Positions 9,947 through 19,967 of a stretch of DNA of 64,000 bases are shown here, in pieces (positions within the stretch are counted from its first letter, which is position 1; the number at the start of each line of letters is the position of its first letter). Location of the stretch: contig JBPCTY010000123.1 in NCBI GenBank assembly GCA_051011415.1, positions 10,750-74,749 on the forward strand. The letters run 5' to 3'. The position numbers and the translations under genes are program-made. Source of the DNA: Acidimicrobiia bacterium (lineage in GTDB: Bacteria; Actinomycetota; Acidimicrobiia; Spongiisociales; UBA5794). The notes beneath the pieces were generated by a model. The model worked only from the letters and a program-made list of their open reading frames with translations, searched no databases and was not told where the DNA came from.

Positions 9947-11650
9947 TCAGGCAGTGATGAGTGAAGTGATTTCGGCCAGAGCTTCCGCTAGGGCAACGTC
10001 TTTGCTGTCGCCCGACCGCCGTTCGACCACCTCGCAGTTGCCCTCTTTGACTCCGCGGGGACCGATCGTCACCCGGTATGGGATACCAATGAGTTCAGCG
10101 TCGTTGAACTTGACGCCTGGTCGTTCGTCCCTGTCATCGAGGAGGACCTCTATCCCTGCCTCGTTGAGCGCCTCATAGAGTTCCTCGGCGGCGGCTGCCG
10201 TCGCCTGGTCGTCAGGTCGCACAACGGTGATGATGACCGTAAATGGTGCGATCTCAGCCGGCCACAGGATGCCCTTGTCATCGTGGTTCGACTCGATGGA
10301 CGCAGCCATGTTCCGTTCAACACCGATTCCGTAGGAACCCATGACGATTGGGACCGCCTTGCCGTTCTCGTCAAGAACGCTCACACCGAGAGGGCCCGCA
10401 TAGAACGTGCCGAGCTTGAAGATGTGCCCAACTTCGATCGCAGCAAAGACGCTGAGAGCATGTCCACACACCACGCATAGCTCACCATCAGTGACCGTCC
10501 GCAGGTCGAGCCACTCGTTCACCTCGATATCCCTCTCGACATCCACGTTCCGGACGTGCTTGTCGTTGATGTTCGCTCCAGTGGTCAGCGACGAACGTCC
10601 CTGAAGCGCAACATCGGCATAGATGGGCACATCGGAGACCCCGACAGCACCCAAGCTCCCAGCATCCGCACCAAGCAACGCCTTGATCTCGTCCGCTTGT
10701 GCAGGACGGGCTTCGGCGGCCTTTGTCCCGTCGAGCAGTTTTTGATCCTGGAGAGCGTGATCGCCCCGCATGAGCACAAGCGCCGGTGACCCGTCAAGCA
10801 TGTACACAAGCGTCTTGATCTGTCGGTCAGCCGCGGCGCCACCGTCAAACGTCTCGAGATCGGCGATCGTGCGTACTCCTGGCGTGTCGAACTGCTCGAT
10901 ATCCAGTGAACTGGCGGGATCCTCGACATCTGCGAGTGCCGACGCTGCAGCTTCAACGTTGGCCGAATAGTCACAGTTCTCACAATGGGCCACGAGATCC
11001 TCACCGATCTCGCTCCGCATCATGAACTCGGTCGACTCCTTGCCTCCCATGGCACCGGATGATGCTTGCACCGGGACCACGGACATGCCGAGACGATCGA
11101 ATATGCGGAGGTATGCACGGAAGTGGTTCTCGAACTGGACGTCGAGACCATCGAAGTCGATATCGAACGAGTACGAGTCCTTCATCGTGAACTCTCGCAC
11201 CCGCAGGAGGCCCGACTTTGGCCGTGGTTCATCCCTGTACTTCGTCTGAATGTGGTACCACATCTGTGGAAGCTGCTTGTACGACGTCAGCTCGGTCGAG
11301 ACCGTCGCAAAGATTTCCTCATGGGTCGGGCTCAGAATGACCGGTGAGCCCTTGTTGTCGTCGAACGCCATGATGATGTCGGCCATCGTGTCAATGCGCC
11401 CTGTCTTCTCCCAGATCGATCGAGGATGGAGCTGTGGCAACAGGAATTCCTGGCCGTTGATAGCGTTCATCTCTTCGCGGATGATGCCCATCACCTTCTC
11501 CCTGACTCGCTGGCCAAGGGGCAGCATCGAGTACACACCGGCCATGAGTTGGCGCATGTAGCCACCTCTGACAAGGAGCTTGTGGCTCACGGCTTCGGCG
11601 TCGGTTGGATCGTCGCGAAGGGTGGGGATGAACGCTTGGGACCAGCGCAC
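9947..11650 (-). CDS. proS: proline--tRNA ligase
   Basis: ORF 9947..11809 trimmed to GTG 11650 (VRWSQAFIPTLRDDP, the usual ProRS N-terminus). Longer starts would run into ispG. Confidence 0.93.
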   Translation of the reverse strand: MRWSQAFIPTLRDDPTDAEAVSHKLLVRGGYMRQLMAGVYSMLPLGQRVREKVMGIIREEMNAINGQEFLLPQLHPRSIWEKTGRIDTMADIIMAFDDNKGSPVILSPTHEEIFATVSTELTSYKQLPQMWYHIQTKYRDEPRPKSGLLRVREFTMKDSYSFDIDFDGLDVQFENHFRAYLRIFDRLGMSVVPVQASSGAMGGKESTEFMMRSEIGEDLVAHCENCDYSANVEAAASALADVEDPASSLDIEQFDTPGVRTIADLETFDGGAAADRQIKTLVYMLDGSPALVLMRGDHALQDQKLLDGTKAAEARPAQADEIKALLGADAGSLGAVGVSDVPIYADVALQGRSSLTTGANINDKHVRNVDVERDIEVNEWLDLRTVTDGELCVVCGHALSVFAAIEVGHIFKLGTFYAGPLGVSVLDENGKAVPIVMGSYGIGVERNMAASIESNHDDKGILWPAEIAPFTVIITVVRPDDQATAAAAEELYEALNEAGIEVLLDDRDERPGVKFNDAELIGIPYRVTIGPRGVKEGNCEVVERRSGDSKDVALAEALAEITSLITA

Positions 11651-11702
11651 GATTGCTCCTGGGGCTTTGGGTGATTGAGCGGCGAGGATAGCGCCGGAAT
11701 CG

Positions 11703-12920
11703 TCAGTCGATCGATCCGTCGACGACCTCGGCGACCGCCGCACGTCGTTCCTCGGTGCGATTCGCATCGCCTTGCAGGGACAGCAGCTCGATTCGTTCCT
11801 CAGCTGCAAGATCGGCAGCCGTCACGTCCGCGGCCGCGAGCCGGGCTTCCATTCCCTCAGCATCGAGGAGTTTTGCTTCACGAACCAGTGCGTCAACCAT
11901 CTCATCTTCGGGGACGACCCGGACAACCTCACCTTTGATGAATAGATGGCCCCTACCCCTACCAGCTGCAAGCCCGAGATCAGCCTCCCGAGCCTCGCCA
12001 GGTCCGTTCACGACGCACCCCATGACTGCAACCTGAATCGGCAACCCAAGCTCCTCGAGCCTGTCGTTCGCTTCGGATGCCACGGCGATGACGTCGACCT
12101 CGGCCCTGCCGCATGAGGGGCAGGCAATCAGGTCAAGCCCGGTTCTGTCGCGCAGACCGAGGTACTCGAGCAGGCTTCTTCCGGCTTTTGCTTCCTCGAC
12201 CGGATCAGCCGTCAGCGAGAAGCGGATCGTGTCGCCGATGCCTTCGTTGAGCAGTGTCGCGATTCCAGCCACAGACTTGATGAGACCACCAGGCGGAGGC
12301 CCGGCTTCGGTGACTCCGAGGTGGAGCGGATAGTCGGTGGTTTCGGAAAGCAGCCGGTAGCTCTCAACCATGAGGGGGACGTTCGAGTGTTTGACGGAGA
12401 TCTTCACGTCGTGAAAGTCCACGTCGTCGAAATACCGGACCTCGAGCATGGCTGACTCCACGAGAGCTTCAGGAACAGGTCCGCCGTGCTTTTCAAGGAG
12501 ATCCTTGTCCAACGATCCGGCGTTCACACCGATGCGGATCGGAATCCCTGCGTCCTTGGCTGCTGTGGCAACCTCCTTGATGTGCGTCTCGTTGCGGATG
12601 TTGCCCGGGTTCAGCCGAAGTGCCGACACGCCAGCCTCGATTGCCGCCAGCGCGAGCTTGTACTGGAAGTGAATGTCGGCGACGATCGGCACAGGAGATC
12701 GCGGCATCATTTCCGCGAGGGCCTGGGCGGCCTCAACTGTGTTGCAGGTGACGCGGACGATGTCCGCACCGGATCCGGCGAGGGCGTAGATCTGTGCAAG
12801 GGTCCCGTCGACGTCGGCTGTCTTCGTCGTGGTCATCGATTGCACCGAGACAGGTGCGCCGCCGCCAACGGCGACATCGCCCACATGAAGTTCTCGTGTC
12901 AGTCTTCGCTCGATCGCCAT
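11703..12920 (-). CDS. ispG: 4-hydroxy-3-methylbut-2-en-1-yl diphosphate synthase (MEP pathway)
   Basis: 405 aa. Carries VGGGAPVSVQSMTTT, CPSCGR and GCVVNGPGE, which are the Fe-S ligand motifs. Confidence 0.95.
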   Translation of the reverse strand: MAIERRLTRELHVGDVAVGGGAPVSVQSMTTTKTADVDGTLAQIYALAGSGADIVRVTCNTVEAAQALAEMMPRSPVPIVADIHFQYKLALAAIEAGVSALRLNPGNIRNETHIKEVATAAKDAGIPIRIGVNAGSLDKDLLEKHGGPVPEALVESAMLEVRYFDDVDFHDVKISVKHSNVPLMVESYRLLSETTDYPLHLGVTEAGPPPGGLIKSVAGIATLLNEGIGDTIRFSLTADPVEEAKAGRSLLEYLGLRDRTGLDLIACPSCGRAEVDVIAVASEANDRLEELGLPIQVAVMGCVVNGPGEAREADLGLAAGRGRGHLFIKGEVVRVVPEDEMVDALVREAKLLDAEGMEARLAAADVTAADLAAEERIELLSLQGDANRTEERRAAVAEVVDGSID

Positions 12921-12979
12921 GGCTACAGGGTACCGCTACTCATTGGAGAGGTCGGCTTCGGGCATCAGCACGCGCGGCG

Positions 12980-14140
12980 CTACAACGGTTTGAAGATGTC
13001 GAGATAGATACCGATCAGCCCAAGGCTCACAAGGAAAATGAAGACTGCCGCTGCAACGGGGATGAGTTTTTGCACGTTGGGCACTCTTCCGGTGACCTTC
13101 TCGTAGGTTGCGACAGCGAAGTGACCACCGTCGAGTGGGTACAGCGGAACGAAGTTCAGGACACCGACGAAGATGTTGACCAGGGCAAGAAGCTGCAGTG
13201 TTGATTCGGCGGGTCCAGCGATTCGAACAAGGCCGACCGGACTGATTGGACGCACCGTCTCAAGAATCTCGTCATCGCCGCCAAAGAGGGATGCGATCAG
13301 CTTCGGGAACCCAATGATCATCTGCCACAGGCCGTTGACGCTGTTGACCACACCCTCCCAGAACTGTGAGAACGCGATTGGGATCATGCTCACAATGCTT
13401 TGGCCTTCGCGCGCCGCCTGCGGCGTCACGCCAAAGAACCCTGCCTCGTAGGTGACTTGGTTGCCGTCCTCATCGAGCACGTACTCACCGTCTTCAATCT
13501 CAGGCTTTTCGATCGTCACAAGCGTTGCGGTGAGATCGAGCGGCGCATCGTCCCTCAGCACACCGATCACAACAGTGTTTCCACCGTTGGCCTCGGCAAA
13601 CTCAGAGAACTCGTCCCACGTGGAGATGGCGGCTCCGTCTGCCGACACAATCACATCGTCGACTTCCGTTCCTGCCTGCGCCGCTGGTGCTGGCACGGTC
13701 TCCTCAGTGTTTGGAACGAACTCGGACACAGCGGCGACCGCGGTGGTCCGTACGGCGGTACCGTCATCGTCGATCTGAACCGTGCCCCAAATAACGCCGA
13801 CAAACCACAGCAGAAAGATGGCGACCACAAAGTGGCTTGCGATGCCGGCAAGCACTACCACGGACTTCTTCCAATACGGGGCGTTCCGGTAGGTGCGCTC
13901 CTCTTCGTCTGGTTCGACCTCTTCAAACGGGTTCATCCCGATGATGCGCACGTACCCACCGAATGGGATGGCCTTGATCCCGTATTCGGTTTCACCCTTG
14001 GTGATTGACCAGAGCCGAGGCCCGAAGCCGAAGAACGCCTCTGTCGCCTTCATCCCGAAGGCCTTGGCCGCGATGAAGTGGCCTCCCTCGTGGATGATGA
14101 TCATCAGCACGACGCCGACGATCATGATGAGCGCACCCAT
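12980..14140 (-). CDS. rseP: M50 site-2 zinc metalloprotease (RseP/Rip1 type) with PDZ region
   Basis: 386 aa. Carries HEGGH in the first TM helix (IIHEGGHFIAAKAFG), a C-terminal NFVPLYPLDGGH motif, and multiple TM segments. Confidence 0.9.
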   Translation of the reverse strand: MGALIMIVGVVLMIIIHEGGHFIAAKAFGMKATEAFFGFGPRLWSITKGETEYGIKAIPFGGYVRIIGMNPFEEVEPDEEERTYRNAPYWKKSVVVLAGIASHFVVAIFLLWFVGVIWGTVQIDDDGTAVRTTAVAAVSEFVPNTEETVPAPAAQAGTEVDDVIVSADGAAISTWDEFSEFAEANGGNTVVIGVLRDDAPLDLTATLVTIEKPEIEDGEYVLDEDGNQVTYEAGFFGVTPQAAREGQSIVSMIPIAFSQFWEGVVNSVNGLWQMIIGFPKLIASLFGGDDEILETVRPISPVGLVRIAGPAESTLQLLALVNIFVGVLNFVPLYPLDGGHFAVATYEKVTGRVPNVQKLIPVAAAVFIFLVSLGLIGIYLDIFKPL

Positions 14141-14203
14141 GTAGCAGTCCCCTTGTGCTGGCTTGGTGTCCTGGCTGACCGGTAACGCTACCGACGCAAG
14201 GCG

Positions 14204-15379
14204 TCAACCACCGCGGATTCGCTCACACGATTGCCGCGCCTGGTCCCGGGACCACCGATCTGCCCCACGCACATCCTCGATCGTCTCGGGTTCGAACACT
14301 TCGTGATCGTCGAGGACTCCCCCAACGACATCCGGGATCGCGACAAACGGAATGTCACCGGACAAAAAGGCCTGCACCGCCACCTCGTCTGCTGCGTTGA
14401 GTACCGCGGTCGCGGTCCCGCCCGCTCGTCCTGCCGCATAGCCAAGGTCGAGGCACGGGAACGCAATGCGGTCAGGGGCTTCAAACGTGAGATCAGCGCC
14501 GATCAGATCCAGCGGAGGATGGTCGCCTTCGATGCGATCAGGAGCCGTAAGCGCGTACTGAATCGGCTTCCGCATGTCGGGGAGACCGACTTCAGCCTTG
14601 ACTACGCCATCAGTAAACTCCACCAGGCTGTGCACGATGCTCTGCGGGTGCACCACGACATCGATGTTGTCGTACGGAATGTCAAACAGATAGTGCGCCT
14701 CGATCACCTCGAACGCCTTGTTCATCAAGGTCGCCGAGTCGGTCGTGATACGTGGGCCCATCGACCACGTTGGATGGTCCAGGGCAGCTTCAACAGTTAC
14801 TCCGGCCAGCTGCTTCTGGCTGAAGCCTCGGAATGGCCCTCCGGAGGCTGTGAGAACCAAGCGAGCGACCGAGCTTGGGCTTTCACCTGTGATGCATTGC
14901 CAGATCGCTGAGTGTTCCGAGTCGACCGGTATCAACTCTCCATCGCCGGTTTCAAGGGCACGGCGAACCAGAGGGCCACCGGCAACAAGGCTCTCCTTGT
15001 TCGCAAGAGCGAGTCGATTACCTGCATACAGCGCTGACAGCGATGCGGCGAGGCCAGCGGCACCGACGACGCCATTGACAACGGTGGAGTCCTTCGTTGC
15101 TGCGACCTCGGTTATCGCACCCTGACCAACATGGAATCTGTCCCCGAGCCGCGATTGGAATTCGTCGACGCGTTCACCCGGATCAACCACGCACACGATC
15201 GCATCGGGATGGGCGTCTGCTTGTGCGAGAAGGGTGTCCGATGCCGTACGGGCAGCGAGCGCCACAACGGGTGCGCCGATACGTGTCGCGACGTCGAGTG
15301 TCTGTCGCCCAATCGAACCGGACGCTCCAAGAACGACGAGGGGGTTCAGAGGATGCCTGCCCAAAGGAAAATCGCCCAC
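14204..15379 (-). CDS. dxr: 1-deoxy-D-xylulose-5-phosphate reductoisomerase
   Basis: The 621-aa longest ORF is an artefactual upstream extension into cdsA. The real protein begins near VGDFPLGRHPLNPLVVLGASGSIGRQTLDV. Candidate starts are GTG 15379 or TTG 15364, so the start is uncertain. Confidence 0.88.
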   Translation of the reverse strand: MGDFPLGRHPLNPLVVLGASGSIGRQTLDVATRIGAPVVALAARTASDTLLAQADAHPDAIVCVVDPGERVDEFQSRLGDRFHVGQGAITEVAATKDSTVVNGVVGAAGLAASLSALYAGNRLALANKESLVAGGPLVRRALETGDGELIPVDSEHSAIWQCITGESPSSVARLVLTASGGPFRGFSQKQLAGVTVEAALDHPTWSMGPRITTDSATLMNKAFEVIEAHYLFDIPYDNIDVVVHPQSIVHSLVEFTDGVVKAEVGLPDMRKPIQYALTAPDRIEGDHPPLDLIGADLTFEAPDRIAFPCLDLGYAAGRAGGTATAVLNAADEVAVQAFLSGDIPFVAIPDVVGGVLDDHEVFEPETIEDVRGADRWSRDQARQSCERIRGG

Positions 15380-17178
15380 GCTGCCGGGATCACGAACAAC
15401 AGCGCATCGATCCGGTCGAGAAACCCGCCGTGTCCGGGCAGGATCGACCCCATGTCCTTGAGATCGAGAGATCTCTTTGCAGCAGACACCGCAAGGTCGC
15501 CGAGCGGTCCAAGAACCGCAACAGCGACGCCAAGCGCGAGGCCAGACGTCAACTCGAACGGTGGGAAGAAATGGAGGGATGCGCCAATTGCGAGGGCAAC
15601 GACGATGCCGCCAACCAGGCCTTCGATCGTCTTCTTGGGTGATATCCATGGCGCAAGCGGGTGGCGGCCCAACGATCGGCCGACGAAGTACTGGGCAATA
15701 TCCATTGCAGCCACGGTTACGACAACGCCCAGGACGAGCGGTCGGTATTCGTCGGACACCGCAATCAGCATCGCATACGCACCGAGCCCGACCCACACCA
15801 TGACGGTGACAGTGAGCGCAAGATTCGCCATGGGGTCCCGCTTCCCCGGCACGACGGCGTAGTACAGCAACAGCACAGTGGTGATTAGCACAAAGGAGAT
15901 CGGGATCGCGATGGCACCCCAGACAAAGGCTCCCACGGTTGCGCCGACGATCCCGATGAACCCGAAGAGCCCGATCGGATGGCGGCCCGTTCGTGCCAGG
16001 GCCGTGTAGAACTCGCCTGCGGCAATAACGAAGACGACCGTCGCAAGCGCCAAGAGCGCAGGCTGCCACAGGAGGCTCGCCACAAGCGCAATGATCAGCA
16101 CGATCGCGGTGATGACCCTGGCAACAAGATCCCCGCCGCGACGAGCGCGCACCTTGCTGTGACCCTCAGCTTCAACGACATCGTCGAAGCCAACGACGGT
16201 TGACTCGAGTCCAGGGATTGGTGCCGCGAGGGCTACCTGCTCGGTGTCCTCGTCGTCGGCATCAGCAATGGCGGCGGCGAGTCCTTGATGTTCCTTGGTT
16301 GCGGTTTGGAGGTAGTCCTCCTGCGTCATGTCGAATGACGATCCACCACCAGCGGATTCTGCCGCTTGATCGTCGGCCGGTGGGTCGGCGGAATCGTCCT
16401 CATCCGCATCCTGGTCCCATAGATCGCCAAACGATGAAGATGCCGCAGCAGCTCCAGCAGCCGCAGCGGGAAACTCGATCACTTCAAGCTCACCGGTGTC
16501 GTCTTCTTCACCCAACTCGTCCTCAGCGGAGCCGTCACCAGTGCCTATGACCGGAATCTCTCCGGTGTGTTCCTCTGAGGACGCATCATCAGAGGGTTCG
16601 TCGTCTGAGGACGCATCGTCTGAGGACGCATCGTCCGAGGATTCATCGTCTGAGGACGCATCATCAGAAGGTTCGTCGTCTGACGGTTCGTCATCAGTTG
16701 CATCGTCATCAACGGCATCGGCATCGGCGGCTGCATCAGTAGCAACCGGATCAGTCGGAGCGTCCTCAACGTCCACCGCCTCCATCTCCACGACAGCATC
16801 GGGGTCATCAAGCGAACCCGGGGTCTCGGCATCATCGAGTGCCTCTGGTGTGTCGTTCGTTACCGATGCAGACACGACGTCAGCGGCAGCGACGATCGGC
16901 ACCTCTTCGGTATCGGGATGACCGCCACCGTCGAACTCGAACGCATCGACGGTCGTTGCGGGGGCAACAACTTCAATCTCTCCGGTCTCATCCCCGTCGT
17001 CAAAGTCGGGGGCAGGTGTCGATGGCTCGCCCTGAGTAAAGGCCATCCAGTCGGAAATCTCTTCCTCTGGGTCGTCGGAATCCAACTCGGCATACGGGTC
17101 GGTGTCCGGACCGGGCTCTTCATCGAGCCAGTCGTCGAAGCCTCCCGAAGAGCCGCCCTTGTTGTCGTCACCGGCCAT
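15346..17178 (-). CDS. cdsA: phosphatidate cytidylyltransferase with ~340-aa polyacidic N-terminal extension
   Basis: The C-terminal ~270 aa form a multi-TM CdsA core ending in GHGGFLDRIDALLF. The ATG at 17178 is 5 nt after the frr stop. No stop codon separates the acidic region from the core. Confidence 0.8.
   Translation of the reverse strand: MAGDDNKGGSSGGFDDWLDEEPGPDTDPYAELDSDDPEEEISDWMAFTQGEPSTPAPDFDDGDETGEIEVVAPATTVDAFEFDGGGHPDTEEVPIVAAADVVSASVTNDTPEALDDAETPGSLDDPDAVVEMEAVDVEDAPTDPVATDAAADADAVDDDATDDEPSDDEPSDDASSDDESSDDASSDDASSDDEPSDDASSEEHTGEIPVIGTGDGSAEDELGEEDDTGELEVIEFPAAAAGAAAASSSFGDLWDQDADEDDSADPPADDQAAESAGGGSSFDMTQEDYLQTATKEHQGLAAAIADADDEDTEQVALAAPIPGLESTVVGFDDVVEAEGHSKVRARRGGDLVARVITAIVLIIALVASLLWQPALLALATVVFVIAAGEFYTALARTGRHPIGLFGFIGIVGATVGAFVWGAIAIPISFVLITTVLLLYYAVVPGKRDPMANLALTVTVMVWVGLGAYAMLIAVSDEYRPLVLGVVVTVAAMDIAQYFVGRSLGRHPLAPWISPKKTIEGLVGGIVVALAIGASLHFFPPFELTSGLALGVAVAVLGPLGDLAVSAAKRSLDLKDMGSILPGHGGFLDRIDALLFVIPAAWAIFLWAGIL
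16571..16720. repeat. 10 tandem units of a 15-nt repeat inside cdsA (consensus tcgtctgaggacgca)
   Basis: Read directly. Units at 16601-16615, 16616-16630 and 16646-16660 are identical and the others are diverged. On the minus strand they encode (S/P)SDD(A/E) pentapeptides. Confidence 0.9.
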
Positions 17179-17183
17179 CCGGG

Positions 17184-17729
17184 TTACACCTCGAGGAGCT
17201 CTTCTTCCTTGCGGGCAAGGGCGTCGTCGATCGAGGCAGTGTGCTTGTCGGTGAGTTCCTGCAGTTCCTTCTCAGCACGGTGGATGTCGTCCTCAGACAC
17301 ATCCTCGGCCTCGATGGCGTCCTTCGCATGCCTTCGAACGTTGCGAACAGAAACCTTTCCTTCCTCTGCGAGGCGATGCACAACCTTGATGAGGTCCTTC
17401 CTTCGCTCCTCGGTGAGCGTCGGGAAGGCAAGTCGAATCACGTTGCCATCATTCGAGGGGTTGAGACCGAGGTCGGCTTCCTGGATGCCTCTTTCGATCG
17501 CAGGTATCGAGCTCTTGTCGTAGGGCTGGACGACGAGCAGTCTGGCTTCAGGGACAGAGAAGCTTGCAAGCTGCTGCAGCGGTGTTTGTGTCCCGTAGTA
17601 GTCGACGGTGACCCGATTCAGTAGCCCTGCGTTTGCACGGCCTGTCCGCACGGTCGAAAACTCGTGGATCGTGTGCTCGACCGCCTGGTCCATTTTTTGA
17701 TTTGCGTCGTCCAACAACTCGTTGATCAT
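17184..17729 (-). CDS. frr: ribosome recycling factor
   Basis: 181 aa. Carries [21 protein letters not shown] and [13 protein letters not shown]. Confidence 0.96.
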   Translation of the reverse strand: MINELLDDANQKMDQAVEHTIHEFSTVRTGRANAGLLNRVTVDYYGTQTPLQQLASFSVPEARLLVVQPYDKSSIPAIERGIQEADLGLNPSNDGNVIRLAFPTLTEERRKDLIKVVHRLAEEGKVSVRNVRRHAKDAIEAEDVSEDDIHRAEKELQELTDKHTASIDDALARKEEELLEV

Positions 17730-18448
17730 GCGTTCCTCCCCGCGTCCACCACGGTTCCGACAGGTTCACCACGCACAGCACGGGAGATATTCCCTGGAGT
17801 CGTCATGTTGAACACACGGATCGGTAGATCGTTCTCCATGCACATCGTAATGGCGGTTGTATCCATCACCCCGAGTTGCTCGGCAATCGCATGCATGTAG
17901 TCGAGCTCCGCAAGGAGCTCGGCATCGGGGTCCGTTGCCGGATCGGCGGTGAAGATGCCCTCGACCTTCGTTGCCTTGAGGACCGCATCCGCTCCGATCT
18001 CTGCAGCACGAAGCGCAGCGGTTGTGTCGGTGGTGAAGAACGGGTTGCCGGTGCCGGCCGCAAAAATGACGGCTCGTCCCTTTTCGAGATGCCTGATGGC
18101 GCGAAGCCGAATGTACGGCTCGGCGACTTCTTGGATGGTGAGTGCGGTCTGCACACGACACTCTGCGCCGGCCCGCTCGAGGGCATCACGCAACGCAAGC
18201 GCGTTGATGACAGTTGCGAGCATGCCCATGTAATCGGCGTTCGCCCTGTCCATGCCTGCGGCCGCTTCGCTGAGACCGCGAAAGATGTTGCCACCGCCAA
18301 CGACAATCGCCACCTCATAGCCTTCGGCTACGACGGTGGCGATCTCAGTTGCCGTTTGGTCAACCGTCGCCGGATCAATGCCGTATCCCGTCTCAGCGTT
18401 TGCGAACGCTTCGCCCGAGAGTTTCAGTACGACCCGGCGTGGTGACAT
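17726..18448 (-). CDS. pyrH: UMP kinase
   Basis: 240 aa. Carries [20 protein letters not shown] and a [11 protein letters not shown]-like motif. Confidence 0.96.
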   Translation of the reverse strand: MSPRRVVLKLSGEAFANAETGYGIDPATVDQTATEIATVVAEGYEVAIVVGGGNIFRGLSEAAAGMDRANADYMGMLATVINALALRDALERAGAECRVQTALTIQEVAEPYIRLRAIRHLEKGRAVIFAAGTGNPFFTTDTTAALRAAEIGADAVLKATKVEGIFTADPATDPDAELLAELDYMHAIAEQLGVMDTTAITMCMENDLPIRVFNMTTPGNISRAVRGEPVGTVVDAGRNA

Positions 18449-18451
18449 ATG

Positions 18452-19066
18452 TCAGTTCTCCCCGATTTCAACCCGTGCCATCTTCGACACGGAGATGTTC
18501 TCCCCCATCTTTACAGCTAGCTGCTGCACCAGTTCTCCGACCGTTCCCTCGAATTTGTCCGAGCGGACGAACACCTGGTCCAGGAGGACGTTCTCCTTGT
18601 AGAACGATCCGATCCTACCTTCGACGATTCTGTCGATGATCTCGTCGGGTTTGCCCTCGTTGCGCGCCTGCGCCGCGATCAGCTCCTGCTCTTTGACAAG
18701 AACTGCCTCCGGCACCTCGTCACGAGTGATCCATGAAGGGCGAGCGGCTGCAGCATGCATCGCAAGATCATTTGCAGTCTCGATGAACTCGTCGCTCTTG
18801 GCGACAAAGTCAGTCTCGGATGCGAGCCCGATGAGGACTCCGATGACAGGGCGGCCAGATTGGTTGTGCATATAGACGCCAACGACGCCTTCACCCTGGC
18901 TGCGGTCCGATCGCTTGGCCGCGGCAGCGATTCCCTGCTCACGCAAGTAGTCGGCAGCCTTGTCCATGTCGCCACCGGTCTCCGTGAGGGCCTTCTTGGC
19001 ATCCATCATCCCGGCACCGGTCGACTGGCGCAGCGTCTGTACGTCCTTGGCGGTGAAGTCAGCCAA
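18452..19066 (-). CDS. tsf: elongation factor Ts (short form, ~204 aa)
   Basis: ORF trimmed to TTG 19066, preceded by AAGGAG that overlaps the rpsB stop. Starts (L)ADFTAKDVQTLRQSTGAGMMDAKKAL, a canonical EF-Ts N-terminus. Confidence 0.9.
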   Translation of the reverse strand: MADFTAKDVQTLRQSTGAGMMDAKKALTETGGDMDKAADYLREQGIAAAAKRSDRSQGEGVVGVYMHNQSGRPVIGVLIGLASETDFVAKSDEFIETANDLAMHAAAARPSWITRDEVPEAVLVKEQELIAAQARNEGKPDEIIDRIVEGRIGSFYKENVLLDQVFVRSDKFEGTVGELVQQLAVKMGENISVSKMARVEIGEN

Positions 19067-19070
19067 TTCC

Positions 19071-19805
19071 CTACTCCTTTGCGTCCGCAGAGTCAGAAGG
19101 CTTGTCCTTGCGCTTGGCGTCTGCGATCTCCCTACCGGCGATGCATCCGTCAGCAACAACACCTGCGATGAGTTGTCCGGCGCGAATCGCATCGTCATTA
19201 CCCGGAATCACGAAGTCGACAACATCCGGGTCGCAGTTCGTGTCGACGAGTGCGATCACGGGAATCGACAGTCGGTTCGCTTCTGCGACAGCAATGTGCT
19301 CGGCGTTGACGTCGATGATGAACACGGCATCTGGTGGGCGACGAAGGTCGCGCACTCCACCGAGAACCGCCTGGAGCTTGACCAACTCACGGCGCAGGCG
19401 GAGACGTTCCTTCTTTGGGAGCGACTCCATCTCACCACTTGACTCCATCTGCTCAAGTTCAAGCATGTAGAGGATCCGCTTGTGGATCGTTTGGAAGTTG
19501 GTGAGCATTCCGCCGAGCCAACGATGGTTGACGTATGGCATACCCGCTCGGTTTGCGGCTTCCTCGATTGCGCCCTGCGCCTGCTTCTTCGTGCCGACGA
19601 ACAGCACGGAACCGCCGGTTGCGGCGATGTCGCGGGCAATCACATAGGACTGCTCAGCAGCCTCAAGTGTTTGACGAAGATCGAGAATATGGATCCCATT
19701 GCGCTCCGAAAAGATGAACGGACGCATCTTTGGGTTCCATCGTGCGGTCTGATGACCGAAATGAACGCCAGCTTCAAGTAGCTCGCGCATGGCAACAACA
19801 GCCAT
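19071..19805 (-). CDS. rpsB: 30S ribosomal protein S2
   Basis: ORF trimmed to ATG 19805, behind a GGAGAAA RBS. Starts [27 protein letters not shown]. Confidence 0.96.
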   Translation of the reverse strand: MAVVAMRELLEAGVHFGHQTARWNPKMRPFIFSERNGIHILDLRQTLEAAEQSYVIARDIAATGGSVLFVGTKKQAQGAIEEAANRAGMPYVNHRWLGGMLTNFQTIHKRILYMLELEQMESSGEMESLPKKERLRLRRELVKLQAVLGGVRDLRRPPDAVFIIDVNAEHIAVAEANRLSIPVIALVDTNCDPDVVDFVIPGNDDAIRAGQLIAGVVADGCIAGREIADAKRKDKPSDSADAKE

Positions 19806-19967
19806 GTGTATTTCTCCTTGTTTCGGGTTGGTTCTTCCGGTTAGCCCTTTGAGCCCCCGAACGCCCAAAACGAGCGCACCACATGGGGATTGCGGCAACC
19901 GTGTGTGATTAGCGACAAGTGTAGGGCGGTTGGCACCGAGCCGTCAGCGTCACTGCTGCCGGGTCTA

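Noticed and set aside
15380-16069. Upstream 230 codons of the 621-aa ORF containing dxr
   Set aside because: This part overlaps the CdsA membrane core in another frame. Dxr homology only begins at LVVLGASGSIGRQTLDV, so the extension is an open-frame artefact.
16159-17178. The acidic region upstream of the CdsA core as a separate gene
   Set aside because: No stop codon separates it from the CdsA core in the same frame. It is kept as one ORF, with the start flagged as needing experimental confirmation.
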